Below are positions 9,151-18,094 of a DNA stretch of 25,437 nt, piece by piece. The notes under the pieces are model-generated. The model was given only the letters and a program-made list of their open reading frames with translations. It had not been told where the DNA came from and did not search any database. Position numbers and translations under genes: made by a program. The stretch is from the IMG/VR virus record IMGVR_UViG_3300022741_000004, positions 1-25,437 of that record. One strand, given 5' to 3'. Origin of the DNA: a virus. Its lineage: Duplodnaviria > Caudoviricetes. How positions within the stretch are numbered: the stretch's first letter is position 1; each line of letters starts with the position of its first letter.

Positions 9151-9584
9151 AGCTCTACGCCAGGCAGATCGCCTGGTGGAATGCTCCACGCAAGAGGGTA
9201 GAGAAGGTCGGCAAGACCGAGCGAGAAATCGAACTGCCGAAGCGCGCAGTCGCGGCGGGGGACAAGGGCGATCTGCTCTACTTCCCGCCTCTGGCGCAGG
9301 AGGCCCGCTACCTGTTGGAGCACCTGCAGAGCCTGGGCTACGTGCAGCCCGGCATGGGTGGACCCATGCGGCTGACCCATCAGGAAATCTGTGCGTGGTC
9401 GGAGCTGCACGGGGTGGCCCTGTGGTCCTGGGAAGTGACGGCCTTGAGGGAAATGTCGGGCGAGTTTGCTTCGGAATTGATAGCTGCCGAAAGCGAGAAG
9501 CGCCCGCCGCCGTGGTCGCCATCGCCAGATCAAGTCGATCAGGTCGAACTGGTCGCACGGATCAAGAACGTGCTGCGGAGGTAG
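9114..9584 (+). CDS. Tail assembly chaperone T portion (made as GT fusion by -1 frameshift)
   Basis: -1 frame relative to G; LTHQEICAWSELHGVALWSWEVTALREM resembles the T-part pattern. Confidence 0.85.
   Translation: MGKFFGDLFDDLKLYARQIAWWNAPRKRVEKVGKTEREIELPKRAVAAGDKGDLLYFPPLAQEARYLLEHLQSLGYVQPGMGGPMRLTHQEICAWSELHGVALWSWEVTALREMSGEFASELIAAESEKRPPPWSPSPDQVDQVELVARIKNVLRR
9117..9126 (+). other. -1 programmed ribosomal frameshift site (G/GT)
   Basis: In-frame TGG GGA AAT TTT gives X XXY YYZ heptamers G GGA AAT and A AAT TTT; the -1 frame is open to 9584. Confidence 0.85.
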
Positions 9585-9627
9585 CTCCACGCACACAAGT
9601 GCTGCAGTAGAGCAGCTAGTCCCTTCG

Positions 9628-9653
9628 AGGCTCGCTTCGGTGGGCCTTTTTTT
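9628..9653 (+). terminator. Intrinsic terminator before tape measure gene
   Basis: AGGCTCGC-TTCG-GTGGGCCT followed by a T run. Confidence 0.75.
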
Positions 9654-9663
9654 GGCGCGCAAC

Positions 9664-12600
9664 ATGATCGCTGGATCTCTCGAAATTCAGATGCTCGCCA
9701 ACTTGGCCGAGCTGCGCAAGCAGATGGACTCTGCCGTCGGCATGGTGCAGGGCGCCAGCGCCCAGATGCAGAAGGCTGCCGAGCTGGCAGGCAAAGCCCT
9801 GGGACTGATCGGTGTGGGCTTGTCGGTGGGTGCGTTCACCGGGTTCATCCGCAACGCGATCAACGCGGCGGACGCGCTGGACGAAATGTCCGGGCGAGTC
9901 GGCGTGTCCGCCAAGGAGCTTTCCGGGCTGCAGCTTGCCTACCGCCAGGCCGGCATGGGCAACGATGCCATGGCGTCCAGCATCGCCAAGCTCAGCCAGG
10001 AAATGAGCCAGGGCAACGTGGGGTTGCGCGCGCTCGGCGTCAACGCGAAGGATGCCGCGGGTAACCTCAAGACCCCGACTGCAGTGCTGCTGGAGCTCTC
10101 CGACAAGTTCGCAAAACTCCAGGACGGCGCCGGCAAAACCGCGCTTGCGATGGAGATCTTCGGCAAGAGCGGTGCGGAGATGGTGCCGTTGCTGAATAGC
10201 GGGTCTGAGGGCATTCGCGAGATGATCGAAATGTCCGAGCGCCTGGGCCTGGTCATTGAGGACAAAGCCGCTGCGCAGGCGGGCCAGTTCAACGACACCC
10301 TGGAATTGCTCGGGCTGGGCCTGCAGGGAGTAGGCACGCGCATTGCCGCGCAGCTGCTGCCCACGCTCAACAACCTGACGGGCTCGTTCCTGGAGTCCAT
10401 GACGCAGGGGGATCGCCTGCGCGGAGTGGCCGATTTCCTGGCCTCCGCCATGAAAGGGCTCTACACGGTGGGCGTCGGTGTGGTGGAGATGTTCAACACG
10501 CTGGGCAAAGCTGCAGGCGGTGGCATTGCCGCCATCATGGCCGTGCTGCAAGGCGACTTCTCCGGCGCAAAGCGCATCTTGGACGAAGCCAAGACCGACA
10601 TCCTCGACGGCTGGGCATCGACCGCCAAGGCCGTGTCCAAGGCATGGAGCGACGAAGGCGATGCGGCCGTGGCTGCTGCCTCCAAGATCATCAAGACCAA
10701 TGGCGATCTGCTGGCCGCGCAGAAGGCCCGAGAAGAGGTCGCCAAGAAAGCGGCAGCCGCAGCCGAGAAAGAGGCCGAGAAGCTGCGGAAGCAGGCCGAG
10801 GACGGGGCCAAGCTCATCGCCGGTTTGATCGCCCAGGAAAGCGGCCTGTCGAGCGATTTTGCGGAGAAGTGGGCCAAGATGAATGCGGCCTACAACGCAG
10901 GGGTATCCAGTTTGGATGAACTGGTGCAGGCGCAAAAAAATCTGCTTGCAGAACAACCCGGCATCAAGAAGGGCATAGAGGCGGAGGCTGCAGCATGGCA
11001 GGCTTGGCTCGCTCAGAGGAAGCGAGTCGCTGACGCCTTGTTCGATTCAGCCGAGTCGCTGGAAGCTGGCAACAAGGCTTTGCGGGAAGAGATCGAGATG
11101 ATCGGTCTGTCCAGTGAGCAGCAGGAAGCGATCTTGCGCCAGCGTCGGGAGACCATTCTTCTGACGAAGGAGGCAACTCTTGCGGAGATGGAGCGCCAAG
11201 CGGCCGGCACGAATTTCATGTCGGCCCAGCACATCGCCCTGGCACAGGAGATCGAGCAACTGAAAGAGCGCAACGGGCTGTTGAACCAGAAGGCGCTGCG
11301 CGAGCGCGAATCCAGGGGCTGGGCGGACTTCTACGGCAGCATCGAAAGCACCGCGCACAGCGTGTGGACGGATGTGGCCAACAACGGCATGAGCGCTTTC
11401 GAGCGCGTCGGCAAGACCATCAAGGCCAGCGTTTTGGACGTGCTCTGGCAGATCGTCGGACGCCGCTGGTTGATCAACATCGGCACCAGCATTTTCGGCG
11501 CGGGGTTTGGCACTGCTGCCAACGCGGCCACGGCCGGCGCCAACCCGCTGGGCCTCATGCTGCAGGGCACGCAGCTCTACAGCGGGCTCACGAGCGGCAC
11601 CGGCATGCTGGGCACAGTAGGCAACTGGCTGGGCCTGGGCTCTGCCGCATCTGCGGCCACCACCGGCATGACTGCGGGCATGAGTCTGGCGAATCCCGGC
11701 ATGGCTGCCATGATCAACCCGGTGACCTCTGGGGCGGCTGCGTCCGGCGGTCTTTCCGGCATGCTCGGTGCCATTCCAGGCTGGGGCTGGGCGCTGGCAG
11801 GCGTAGCCGCGCTGGCCGGTATCTTCAACAAAAAATCCACCCCCCACCTGGGCGCAGGGAGCTCCTACAGTGCTGATGCTGGCTTGCGCTCCAGCACCGA
11901 CATCTACGCCAGCCTGGGCTTCACCGACACGCGCCACTACGACGCTGGCGTCGAAGTACTGACGGCCCCCCTGGCGCAGGCCGTGGGCCAGACGCTCGAC
12001 AGCTTCGCCGTCGCCTTCGGTCGCGCCGCAGGCTACGAAGTTTCCACCGCGTTTGCGGATGACAGCTCGAAGGATGGGGCCTGGGGCGGCCTGCGGATCA
12101 TCCAGAACGGCCGCTCGGTGCTCGACTGGGGCAACCCCGACGGCGATAAGTGGGCCGGCATCACCTTTGCGGATGGCGAGCAGGGCTCGAAGGAGTACCT
12201 CGCCCGCGTCGCAAAGGACGTGCGCGACGTGCTGGCGGAAGAGTCGCCGGGCTGGGTGTCCGCCATGCTCAACGGCTTGGGGGACGCGCCCAGCATGGAA
12301 TCGCTCTCGGCCGCCGTCGTGCTGATCGGCCAGGCCCAGGCCGCATTCGAGTCCTTCGGCCAGTTCATGCCCACGGTCGCCACCCTGGCGGACTCGGCAG
12401 TGGCCAGCCTGGTGAAGGCGTCCGGCGGCGTGGAAGCCCTGACGGCCAACATGTCCACCTTCGTGGCCAACTTCTTCACGGAAGGGGAGCGACTGGAGGT
12501 TGCCACGGCCAACGTGGCTGCCGAGCTGGCGAAGCTGGGCTTCGTGATGCCCCAGTCGCGCGAGGAGTTCAAAGCGCTGGTACAGGCCCAATGGGCGCTG

Positions 12601-13932
12601 GGCGACGCAGGGGCGGATACGGCGGCCAAGCTACTGGCGCTCGCTGGGGCCTTCGCCGCAGTAACGGCCGAAACGGTCGATGCAACTGCTGCCGCGCAGG
12701 CTGCGGCTGAAGCAATGGCGCAGGAGCAAAAGCAGCGACGGGTAGACCTGCTGCGCCAGCTTGAGCGAGCCATCGATGCCGAGCGCGAGTTGCTGGAGGT
12801 TCGCCGCGATGCGATTGCTGAAACGGTCGGCGCGATCTCGGATCTGTCGAGCGTCCTGCGCAACAGCGCGCGGGACCTGCGAGGGACCATCGATACCACT
12901 CGCGAGATGCTGGCCGTACAAGGCCGTGATGTCATCGCTCAGGCGCTGAAGGCGGCATTGACCGGTGGCGCATTGCCTGGGGCCGACGCCCTGACGCAAG
13001 CTATCAGCGCAGTGCGCAGCGGCATCGACCAGGGCGCCTATGGGTCCGAGTTTGAGCGGCAGCGCGACATCCTCGTGCTAGCCGGTCAACTGGAAGACCT
13101 GGGTGACGTCACGGACGTGCAACTCACGATTGCGGAGCGGCAACTGAAAGGCATCGAGGCGCAGATAGACCAGCAGGATCTGATCCTGAACTACTGGCGC
13201 GAGTTGCTGGACAAGGCCAGTGGTGAGTATGAGGCCATCGTCAGCGTCGCTGAGGCCATAGACGCTTTGCGCGCCGAAATGTTCCCTGACGACAAGTCAG
13301 GCGGCGTAGCCAACCCGGGCGCGGTTGGAGGCTACACAGGCGTGCAGGGGTCAGGCGTCGGTACAGGTGGCGGTTCCGTGGTCACTGGCCGGCCTGGCTA
13401 CGTGCAACTCGGCATCGATGCCGAAATCGGCAAGTACGCGAGGGACAACTTCGGCACTGGCTCCGTGACGGAAGTGGCGGCAATCGTTGATTGGATCAAG
13501 GGGAAAGACTGGACCCTGAACGACGCCGCGCACGCGCTCAACCTCAGCGCCAGCGACCTGCAGGCCTACCTGGCAGAGCTCGGCATTCCCGCGTTTGCGA
13601 ATGGTGGCAACCATGCCGGCGGCTGGGCCTGGGTTGGCGAGCGTGGCCCCGAGTTGGTCAATCTGCCGCCAGCGCGCGTTTTCACGGCCTCGCAGTCGAG
13701 TCAGATGGTGCAAGGCGGCGGGGTTGACCCATGGGCCGTGATTGATCGGTTGCAGTCGGAGCTGACGGGCATGCGTACTGCTGTCGAAGAGATCGCCGAA
13801 AACACCAGTGCGCTGCCCGGCTATGTCGATCAGCGCGATCAGGTGAGCGAGGGCGGAAATGCGGATCGCGTGGAAATCATGAACGTGGACGAGCTGGCAG
13901 GGGCACTCGTGAAAAAGATGGAGACGGCATGA
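9664..13932 (+). CDS. Tail tape measure protein
   Basis: About 1420 aa, Ala/Gly-rich and helical. N-terminal AGSLEIQMLAN, ALAMEIFGKSGAEMVPLLN, C-terminal FANGGNHAGGWAWVGERGPEL. ATG 9664 preferred because the GTG at 9640 lies inside the terminator. Confidence 0.95.
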   Translation: MIAGSLEIQMLANLAELRKQMDSAVGMVQGASAQMQKAAELAGKALGLIGVGLSVGAFTGFIRNAINAADALDEMSGRVGVSAKELSGLQLAYRQAGMGNDAMASSIAKLSQEMSQGNVGLRALGVNAKDAAGNLKTPTAVLLELSDKFAKLQDGAGKTALAMEIFGKSGAEMVPLLNSGSEGIREMIEMSERLGLVIEDKAAAQAGQFNDTLELLGLGLQGVGTRIAAQLLPTLNNLTGSFLESMTQGDRLRGVADFLASAMKGLYTVGVGVVEMFNTLGKAAGGGIAAIMAVLQGDFSGAKRILDEAKTDILDGWASTAKAVSKAWSDEGDAAVAAASKIIKTNGDLLAAQKAREEVAKKAAAAAEKEAEKLRKQAEDGAKLIAGLIAQESGLSSDFAEKWAKMNAAYNAGVSSLDELVQAQKNLLAEQPGIKKGIEAEAAAWQAWLAQRKRVADALFDSAESLEAGNKALREEIEMIGLSSEQQEAILRQRRETILLTKEATLAEMERQAAGTNFMSAQHIALAQEIEQLKERNGLLNQKALRERESRGWADFYGSIESTAHSVWTDVANNGMSAFERVGKTIKASVLDVLWQIVGRRWLINIGTSIFGAGFGTAANAATAGANPLGLMLQGTQLYSGLTSGTGMLGTVGNWLGLGSAASAATTGMTAGMSLANPGMAAMINPVTSGAAASGGLSGMLGAIPGWGWALAGVAALAGIFNKKSTPHLGAGSSYSADAGLRSSTDIYASLGFTDTRHYDAGVEVLTAPLAQAVGQTLDSFAVAFGRAAGYEVSTAFADDSSKDGAWGGLRIIQNGRSVLDWGNPDGDKWAGITFADGEQGSKEYLARVAKDVRDVLAEESPGWVSAMLNGLGDAPSMESLSAAVVLIGQAQAAFESFGQFMPTVATLADSAVASLVKASGGVEALTANMSTFVANFFTEGERLEVATANVAAELAKLGFVMPQSREEFKALVQAQWALGDAGADTAAKLLALAGAFAAVTAETVDATAAAQAAAEAMAQEQKQRRVDLLRQLERAIDAERELLEVRRDAIAETVGAISDLSSVLRNSARDLRGTIDTTREMLAVQGRDVIAQALKAALTGGALPGADALTQAISAVRSGIDQGAYGSEFERQRDILVLAGQLEDLGDVTDVQLTIAERQLKGIEAQIDQQDLILNYWRELLDKASGEYEAIVSVAEAIDALRAEMFPDDKSGGVANPGAVGGYTGVQGSGVGTGGGSVVTGRPGYVQLGIDAEIGKYARDNFGTGSVTEVAAIVDWIKGKDWTLNDAAHALNLSASDLQAYLAELGIPAFANGGNHAGGWAWVGERGPELVNLPPARVFTASQSSQMVQGGGVDPWAVIDRLQSELTGMRTAVEEIAENTSALPGYVDQRDQVSEGGNADRVEIMNVDELAGALVKKMETA

Positions 13933-14870
13933 ACATCCTCCTGCCTATCAGCATCACTGAGGCCATGATCGGCGCGGGGACGAACATCCCTGCTGTCGAT
14001 GCGGATCGCGGGGAGGTGGCCTGGGACCCGGCTAGCCACGCATACAGCATAGACGACGCCGTTGTGTTCGAGGGAAAGATCTATTCCTGCGTCAAGCCGC
14101 ACACCTCGGCCGCCAGCCCCACGCCCGACAGTGACGCCACGCACTGGCTCTACAAGCAGCCGTCCAATCGGATGTCGCCGTTCGATGAATACATCTTCAC
14201 GAAGGCCAGGCGCGCGGGTTCACTCAAGTACGTGTTGACGCCCCCGTTCTTCAATGGCTTCGCGATCTATGGCGCGGAAGCGGACGATGTGATCGTCACG
14301 ATCAAAGATGAAGTTGGCGGAGGCGATCTGGTTCCGCCCCAGACCACTGAAATGTGGGAGCAGGCTTTTGGGTTGTGGGAATACCTCTATGGCAACCTGC
14401 AGAAGACCACCAAGCTCACGCGCGATGGCCTGCCCATTCGTCCGGCTGCAGAACTCATCATCGAATTGATCCGCAATTCTGAGGATGTAGATGCCGAGTT
14501 GGGGATGCTGTCTGTAGGCCAGTGGCGCACGTTGCTTTCCCCGATCACGGACGTGGGCGGGACGCAGTTTGGTGTGGAAGTCACCCCGAAGTCGTATAGC
14601 TACTACAAGCGCAACGAGACGACAGGGGAGTACGTGCGCAGACGAGGGCGGCAGGCCAAGGTCATCAACGCCTCCGTAGTGATCGATGCGGCTCAGGCGC
14701 CAGCAGTGGACCGTCTGCTGGCGGCCATCTTGGACATCCCCGTGGCAATTGAGGCCAGCAACCTCCCGCGCTACGGGCACATCAGCACCTTTGGCTTCGT
14801 GACTGGCTCCGTGGTGTCGGTCGATTGGCCAACGGCCCGGGTCAACATCAAAGTGGACGGAAACGTATGA
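13929..14870 (+). CDS. Tail tip / distal tail protein with CBM5/12-like module
   Basis: ATGA-coupled to tape measure; WDPASHAYSIDDAVVFEGKIYSCVKPHTS...P...THW resembles ChtBD3/CBM12 repeats. Confidence 0.75.
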   Translation: MNILLPISITEAMIGAGTNIPAVDADRGEVAWDPASHAYSIDDAVVFEGKIYSCVKPHTSAASPTPDSDATHWLYKQPSNRMSPFDEYIFTKARRAGSLKYVLTPPFFNGFAIYGAEADDVIVTIKDEVGGGDLVPPQTTEMWEQAFGLWEYLYGNLQKTTKLTRDGLPIRPAAELIIELIRNSEDVDAELGMLSVGQWRTLLSPITDVGGTQFGVEVTPKSYSYYKRNETTGEYVRRRGRQAKVINASVVIDAAQAPAVDRLLAAILDIPVAIEASNLPRYGHISTFGFVTGSVVSVDWPTARVNIKVDGNV

Positions 14871-15529
14871 CGGAACCTGTGACTCCTCCGGCGCCAATAC
14901 TGCCGGAGCCTTTCCCCGCACTCGGGGATCCGAACTTCAATCAGCTGGCCTACGACAACGGCACGTCCATGCCCGCTGTAGTGGAGCGCGTTGGCGAGAT
15001 GGCCGTAGCGACGCGCACCAATGCGGTGAGCGGTAAAGAAAGTGCGCAAGCGGCTCAGCAGTCGGCGGTTGCCGCCACCAACGCTGCAGCCTCCGCAGTT
15101 GGCGCAGCCAACTTCAAGGGCATATGGGCTGCTCTCTCCGGACCGCTCAACAAGCCCGCCTGCGTCAAGCACGAGGGCCGATTCTGGATGCTGCTCAACA
15201 ACCTAGCCGACGTGGCCGCGAGCGAGCCGGGCGTCACTGCTGATTGGACTTCGCTGGACGCGGGCTCCATATCGGAGGAAGTGACCAGCGCGGGCACCGT
15301 GAACATGGTGGTGGGCGTGCTCTACGTCATCAAGGTTGCTGGCGTCACGCTCGTGGCTCCGGCGACGTTGCAGACCGGCGACCGCCTCGCCGCCATGGAC
15401 GCGTCCGGGATCGGATTCTCTGTGGACTGGGGGGCGTTCACGGTGAAAGGTCAGACACCTGAAAGCCCGATGCTTGTTTCCGCGCTGCGCGGGTTTTCTG
15501 TTGTTTACTCAGGAGGGACCCTGGCATGA
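14867..15529 (+). CDS. Tail tip / short fibre-like structural protein
   Basis: ATG 14867 overlaps the previous stop. Pro-rich start, Ala-rich helix, NFKGIW...VKHEGRFW...EPGVTADW, beta-rich end. Confidence 0.72.
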   Translation: MTEPVTPPAPILPEPFPALGDPNFNQLAYDNGTSMPAVVERVGEMAVATRTNAVSGKESAQAAQQSAVAATNAAASAVGAANFKGIWAALSGPLNKPACVKHEGRFWMLLNNLADVAASEPGVTADWTSLDAGSISEEVTSAGTVNMVVGVLYVIKVAGVTLVAPATLQTGDRLAAMDASGIGFSVDWGAFTVKGQTPESPMLVSALRGFSVVYSGGTLA

Positions 15530-16161
15530 GCCAACTTCCGTACAGCGTAATTTTTGATGGTATGGGCGCGGCGACCCCGTGGCAGCCGGGGGCACTCGTC
15601 AGTCAGTGGGAGTACAAGATCAGTCCACTGGACAGCGAGACATACCAGCGCGTCACGGCGTCTGGTTCTGGCGCCACGGACCCGGCCAACGACACCACGA
15701 ACTACAGGGCGCGGAGCTATGAGCGCGTGACCGCGTTGCCGAACTCGGCAACGTACATGACCCAGGCAGCTGCCGGCGCCGCCAATTTTGGGAACGGTGC
15801 GGTCAAGGTCACGCCTGGCGCCATCGCGGCAGGTGCCCGCACCGAGATCCTGAGTCTGTCCGGGCGCGGCCTGCTCTGCTTCCTGGGGTTCATGAAAGGG
15901 GTGGCCAATGGGGGGCGTCTGGAGGTCATCCTGGACGGCAGGACGGTCTTTGACAACTCGATCCAGTCTGCAACAACAGACGCCTCAGTGCTTATCGGAT
16001 CGTGCAGCCCAGGCGGGGCATCCATGGCGTACCCGGCGTACTTTGCCCTGCCAGAGCCGGGCGTGAAGTTTCTGCGCACGCTGTCCGTGTGGTACACGCC
16101 CACAACGACAGCGACCACCAGCAGCGCCGTGCTGGCGCACATTGTGAGGGCTACAGCATGA
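15526..16161 (+). CDS. Putative tail tip / receptor-binding protein
   Basis: GGAGG RBS, ATGA coupling, beta-rich composition; function inferred from position only. Confidence 0.65.
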   Translation: MSQLPYSVIFDGMGAATPWQPGALVSQWEYKISPLDSETYQRVTASGSGATDPANDTTNYRARSYERVTALPNSATYMTQAAAGAANFGNGAVKVTPGAIAAGARTEILSLSGRGLLCFLGFMKGVANGGRLEVILDGRTVFDNSIQSATTDASVLIGSCSPGGASMAYPAYFALPEPGVKFLRTLSVWYTPTTTATTSSAVLAHIVRATA

Positions 16162-16583
16162 CGATGAATGAATACGCACAGGGCGAGCTCATGGTCCGCT
16201 ACCTGCATGGGGCAGCCGCAGATGATGACCGGCCCACCATCGTGCTGACCGGCGTGCAATGCGATACACCGGGCGCGGTGATTGCGCCGGGCTTTGCAGA
16301 CATTACGGTGCCGGTTGGCAGCACGCTCGGCTTCACGGCTGAGCTGCGCGACAGCGAGGATGCAGTACTGCCCGTAGACGACACGTTTCGCATGCCAATC
16401 CGCAGCCGCGACGGCCGCGAGCGTGTGGTACTCGCGGGCATGGTGCAGGGTGTGATCACCTTCAGCGTCACGTTCACAGAGTCGCGAGTCTGGGAGGTCA
16501 CGCAAGACGTGATCAACGCTGATCTGCCTGCCGAGGCCCACATGCGTTTCGCAGGGGTCAGGGTGTTCGCAGTGGAAGCCTAG
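16158..16583 (+). CDS. Hypothetical tail-associated protein (beta-sandwich-like)
   Basis: ATG 16158 overlaps the previous stop, GAGG RBS; alternating beta pattern (DITVPVGSTLGFTAEL, FSVTFTESRVWEV). Confidence 0.7.
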   Translation: MTMNEYAQGELMVRYLHGAAADDDRPTIVLTGVQCDTPGAVIAPGFADITVPVGSTLGFTAELRDSEDAVLPVDDTFRMPIRSRDGRERVVLAGMVQGVITFSVTFTESRVWEVTQDVINADLPAEAHMRFAGVRVFAVEA

Positions 16584-16606
16584 CGGCCCTTTTTAAGCTC
16601 TCCATC

Positions 16607-16631
16607 AGCCGCCATAGGGCGGCTTTCTTTT
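16607..16631 (+). terminator. Intrinsic terminator between tail and lysis modules
   Basis: AGCCGCC-ATAG-GGCGGCT followed by TTCTTTT. Confidence 0.75.
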
Positions 16632-16663
16632 GCTCGACCCGCCCCAGCAATGAAAGGCGCGTA

Positions 16664-16939
16664 ATGAAAACAGAAGCTATGGACAACCATGCAGCGGCCG
16701 GCTCCGCGTTCTTGAAGTTCGTCAACTACTTGGCAGCCAGCATGGGCATCGGCACTTTCCTTGGGTTTGTGAACGTGGCCGTGGGCGTGCTCTCCGCACT
16801 CTGGCTCGCGATGCAGCTATACGGGTACGTCAAGCACGAACTGCCCATGAAACGTATGCGCAAGCAGATCCTGCGGCGTGAGTTGGAGCGTGCTCGCACG
16901 CAGCCAGCGCCCCTTGGGGGCATGGGGGCCGACGAATGA
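16664..16939 (+). CDS. Holin (probable)
   Basis: 91 aa with one or two hydrophobic segments and a basic C-terminus; directly upstream of the endolysin; AAAGG RBS. Confidence 0.72.
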   Translation: MKTEAMDNHAAAGSAFLKFVNYLAASMGIGTFLGFVNVAVGVLSALWLAMQLYGYVKHELPMKRMRKQILRRELERARTQPAPLGGMGADE

Positions 16940-17565
16940 GCGCGCCTCAGGTGCCGGGCAAGGTCTGGGCCAGCCTGGGTGCCCTGGTGTTCGCCGTGGT
17001 CGGCGGCGTGGTTGCCATCGAGGGCGGCTACGTCAACGACCCCAACGATGCCGGCGGCGAGACGAATCACGGAATCACCGTGGCAGTCGCCCGCGAGCAA
17101 GGTTACGACGGCCCGATGCTCAGCATGCCGGTAGAGACGGCCCGCAACATCTACGCCGGGAAGTACATCAAGGCGCCCAAGTTCGACCGTGTGCTGACCA
17201 AGTCCCCGGCCGTGGGCATGAAGCTGGTGGACATCGGTGTGAACGCGGGGCAGGGCCGCGCGGCGCGCTGGTTCCAGCAGTCCCTGAACGACCTGAGCCG
17301 CGGCGGGCGCGACTACCGGGCCATGGCGGTTGACGGCGACATCGGCCCTGGAACCATGGCCGCCTATGCCGCGCTGGAGCGGCGCCGTGGTCGCGTGAAG
17401 GCATGCGAGCTGACCATCAAGCTGTTGGAGAGCTACCAGACGGCCCACTATGTGGCCCTGGCCAAAGGCCCGGCCAATTCCAGCTTCATCGTGGGCTGGA
17501 TTGACCACCGCGTGGGCAACGTGCCGCTGATCCGGTGCGCCGAGTCTGTGGAGAGCGCGCCGTGA
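16936..17565 (+). CDS. Endolysin, glycoside hydrolase family 108 with C-terminal PG-binding domain
   Basis: EGGYVNDPNDAGGETNHGIT signature, VDGDIGPGT, FIVGWIDHRV. Confidence 0.93.
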   Translation: MSAPQVPGKVWASLGALVFAVVGGVVAIEGGYVNDPNDAGGETNHGITVAVAREQGYDGPMLSMPVETARNIYAGKYIKAPKFDRVLTKSPAVGMKLVDIGVNAGQGRAARWFQQSLNDLSRGGRDYRAMAVDGDIGPGTMAAYAALERRRGRVKACELTIKLLESYQTAHYVALAKGPANSSFIVGWIDHRVGNVPLIRCAESVESAP

Positions 17566-18023
17566 TCTATACCCATATCGCCGCCGCCCTTCTGGGCGCA
17601 GCCATTGCCGCTACCGGGGCTTGGCAAGTGCAGGGCTGGCGCCTGGGCGGCCAGATCGCTGCCATCGAGGCTCAGCACGCAACCGAACGCGCAAAGGCTC
17701 AGGCCGACGCCCGAGTCACCGAAATTCAGTTCAACACCCGACTACAGGAGGCCCAGGATGCAGCGACCAAACGTGAAACCAAGCTGCGCGATGCTGCAGC
17801 TGCTGCCCGCCGTACTGCTGACGGCCTGCGCGACAGCATCTACTCCATCCGCGCCGATTTGCCCAGCTATTCCCAGCCCGCCGCAGTTGCGGCAGCCGAT
17901 ACCGCAACAGAGCTACTCGGACAGTGCGCGGACCGATATCGAGACGTGGCAGAAGCGGCTGATCGGCATGCAACTGACGCGCTAGTGTTGCGCGAGGCTT
18001 GGCCGGTGGCGCCTTACCGTTAG
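17562..18023 (+). CDS. Inner-membrane spanin (Rz-like)
   Basis: GTG overlaps the endolysin stop; N-terminal TM (IAAALLGAAIAATGAWQVQGWR) then coiled coil. Confidence 0.85.
   Translation: MIYTHIAAALLGAAIAATGAWQVQGWRLGGQIAAIEAQHATERAKAQADARVTEIQFNTRLQEAQDAATKRETKLRDAAAAARRTADGLRDSIYSIRADLPSYSQPAAVAAADTATELLGQCADRYRDVAEAADRHATDALVLREAWPVAPYR
17758..17985 (+). CDS. Outer-membrane spanin lipoprotein (Rz1-like), embedded in +1 frame
   Basis: AGGAGG RBS before ATG 17758; lipobox LLTAC; Pro-rich mature part. Confidence 0.85.
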   Translation: MQRPNVKPSCAMLQLLPAVLLTACATASTPSAPICPAIPSPPQLRQPIPQQSYSDSARTDIETWQKRLIGMQLTR

Positions 18024-18094
18024 GTGCCAGCCAGTGCTCCTCCACCACCATGAAAACCGGCCGTGGAAGCGCCTGCGCAAACTACAGCTCTTAC

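Noticed and set aside
11047-12591. 514-aa reverse-strand ORF within the tape measure gene
   Set aside because: Shadow ORF with no motifs.
9582-18023. Genome-wide TAG reassignment (alternative genetic code)
   Set aside because: TAGs at 9584, 16583 and 18023 fall at plausible gene ends, two of them just before terminators, and the long conserved genes contain no internal TAG.
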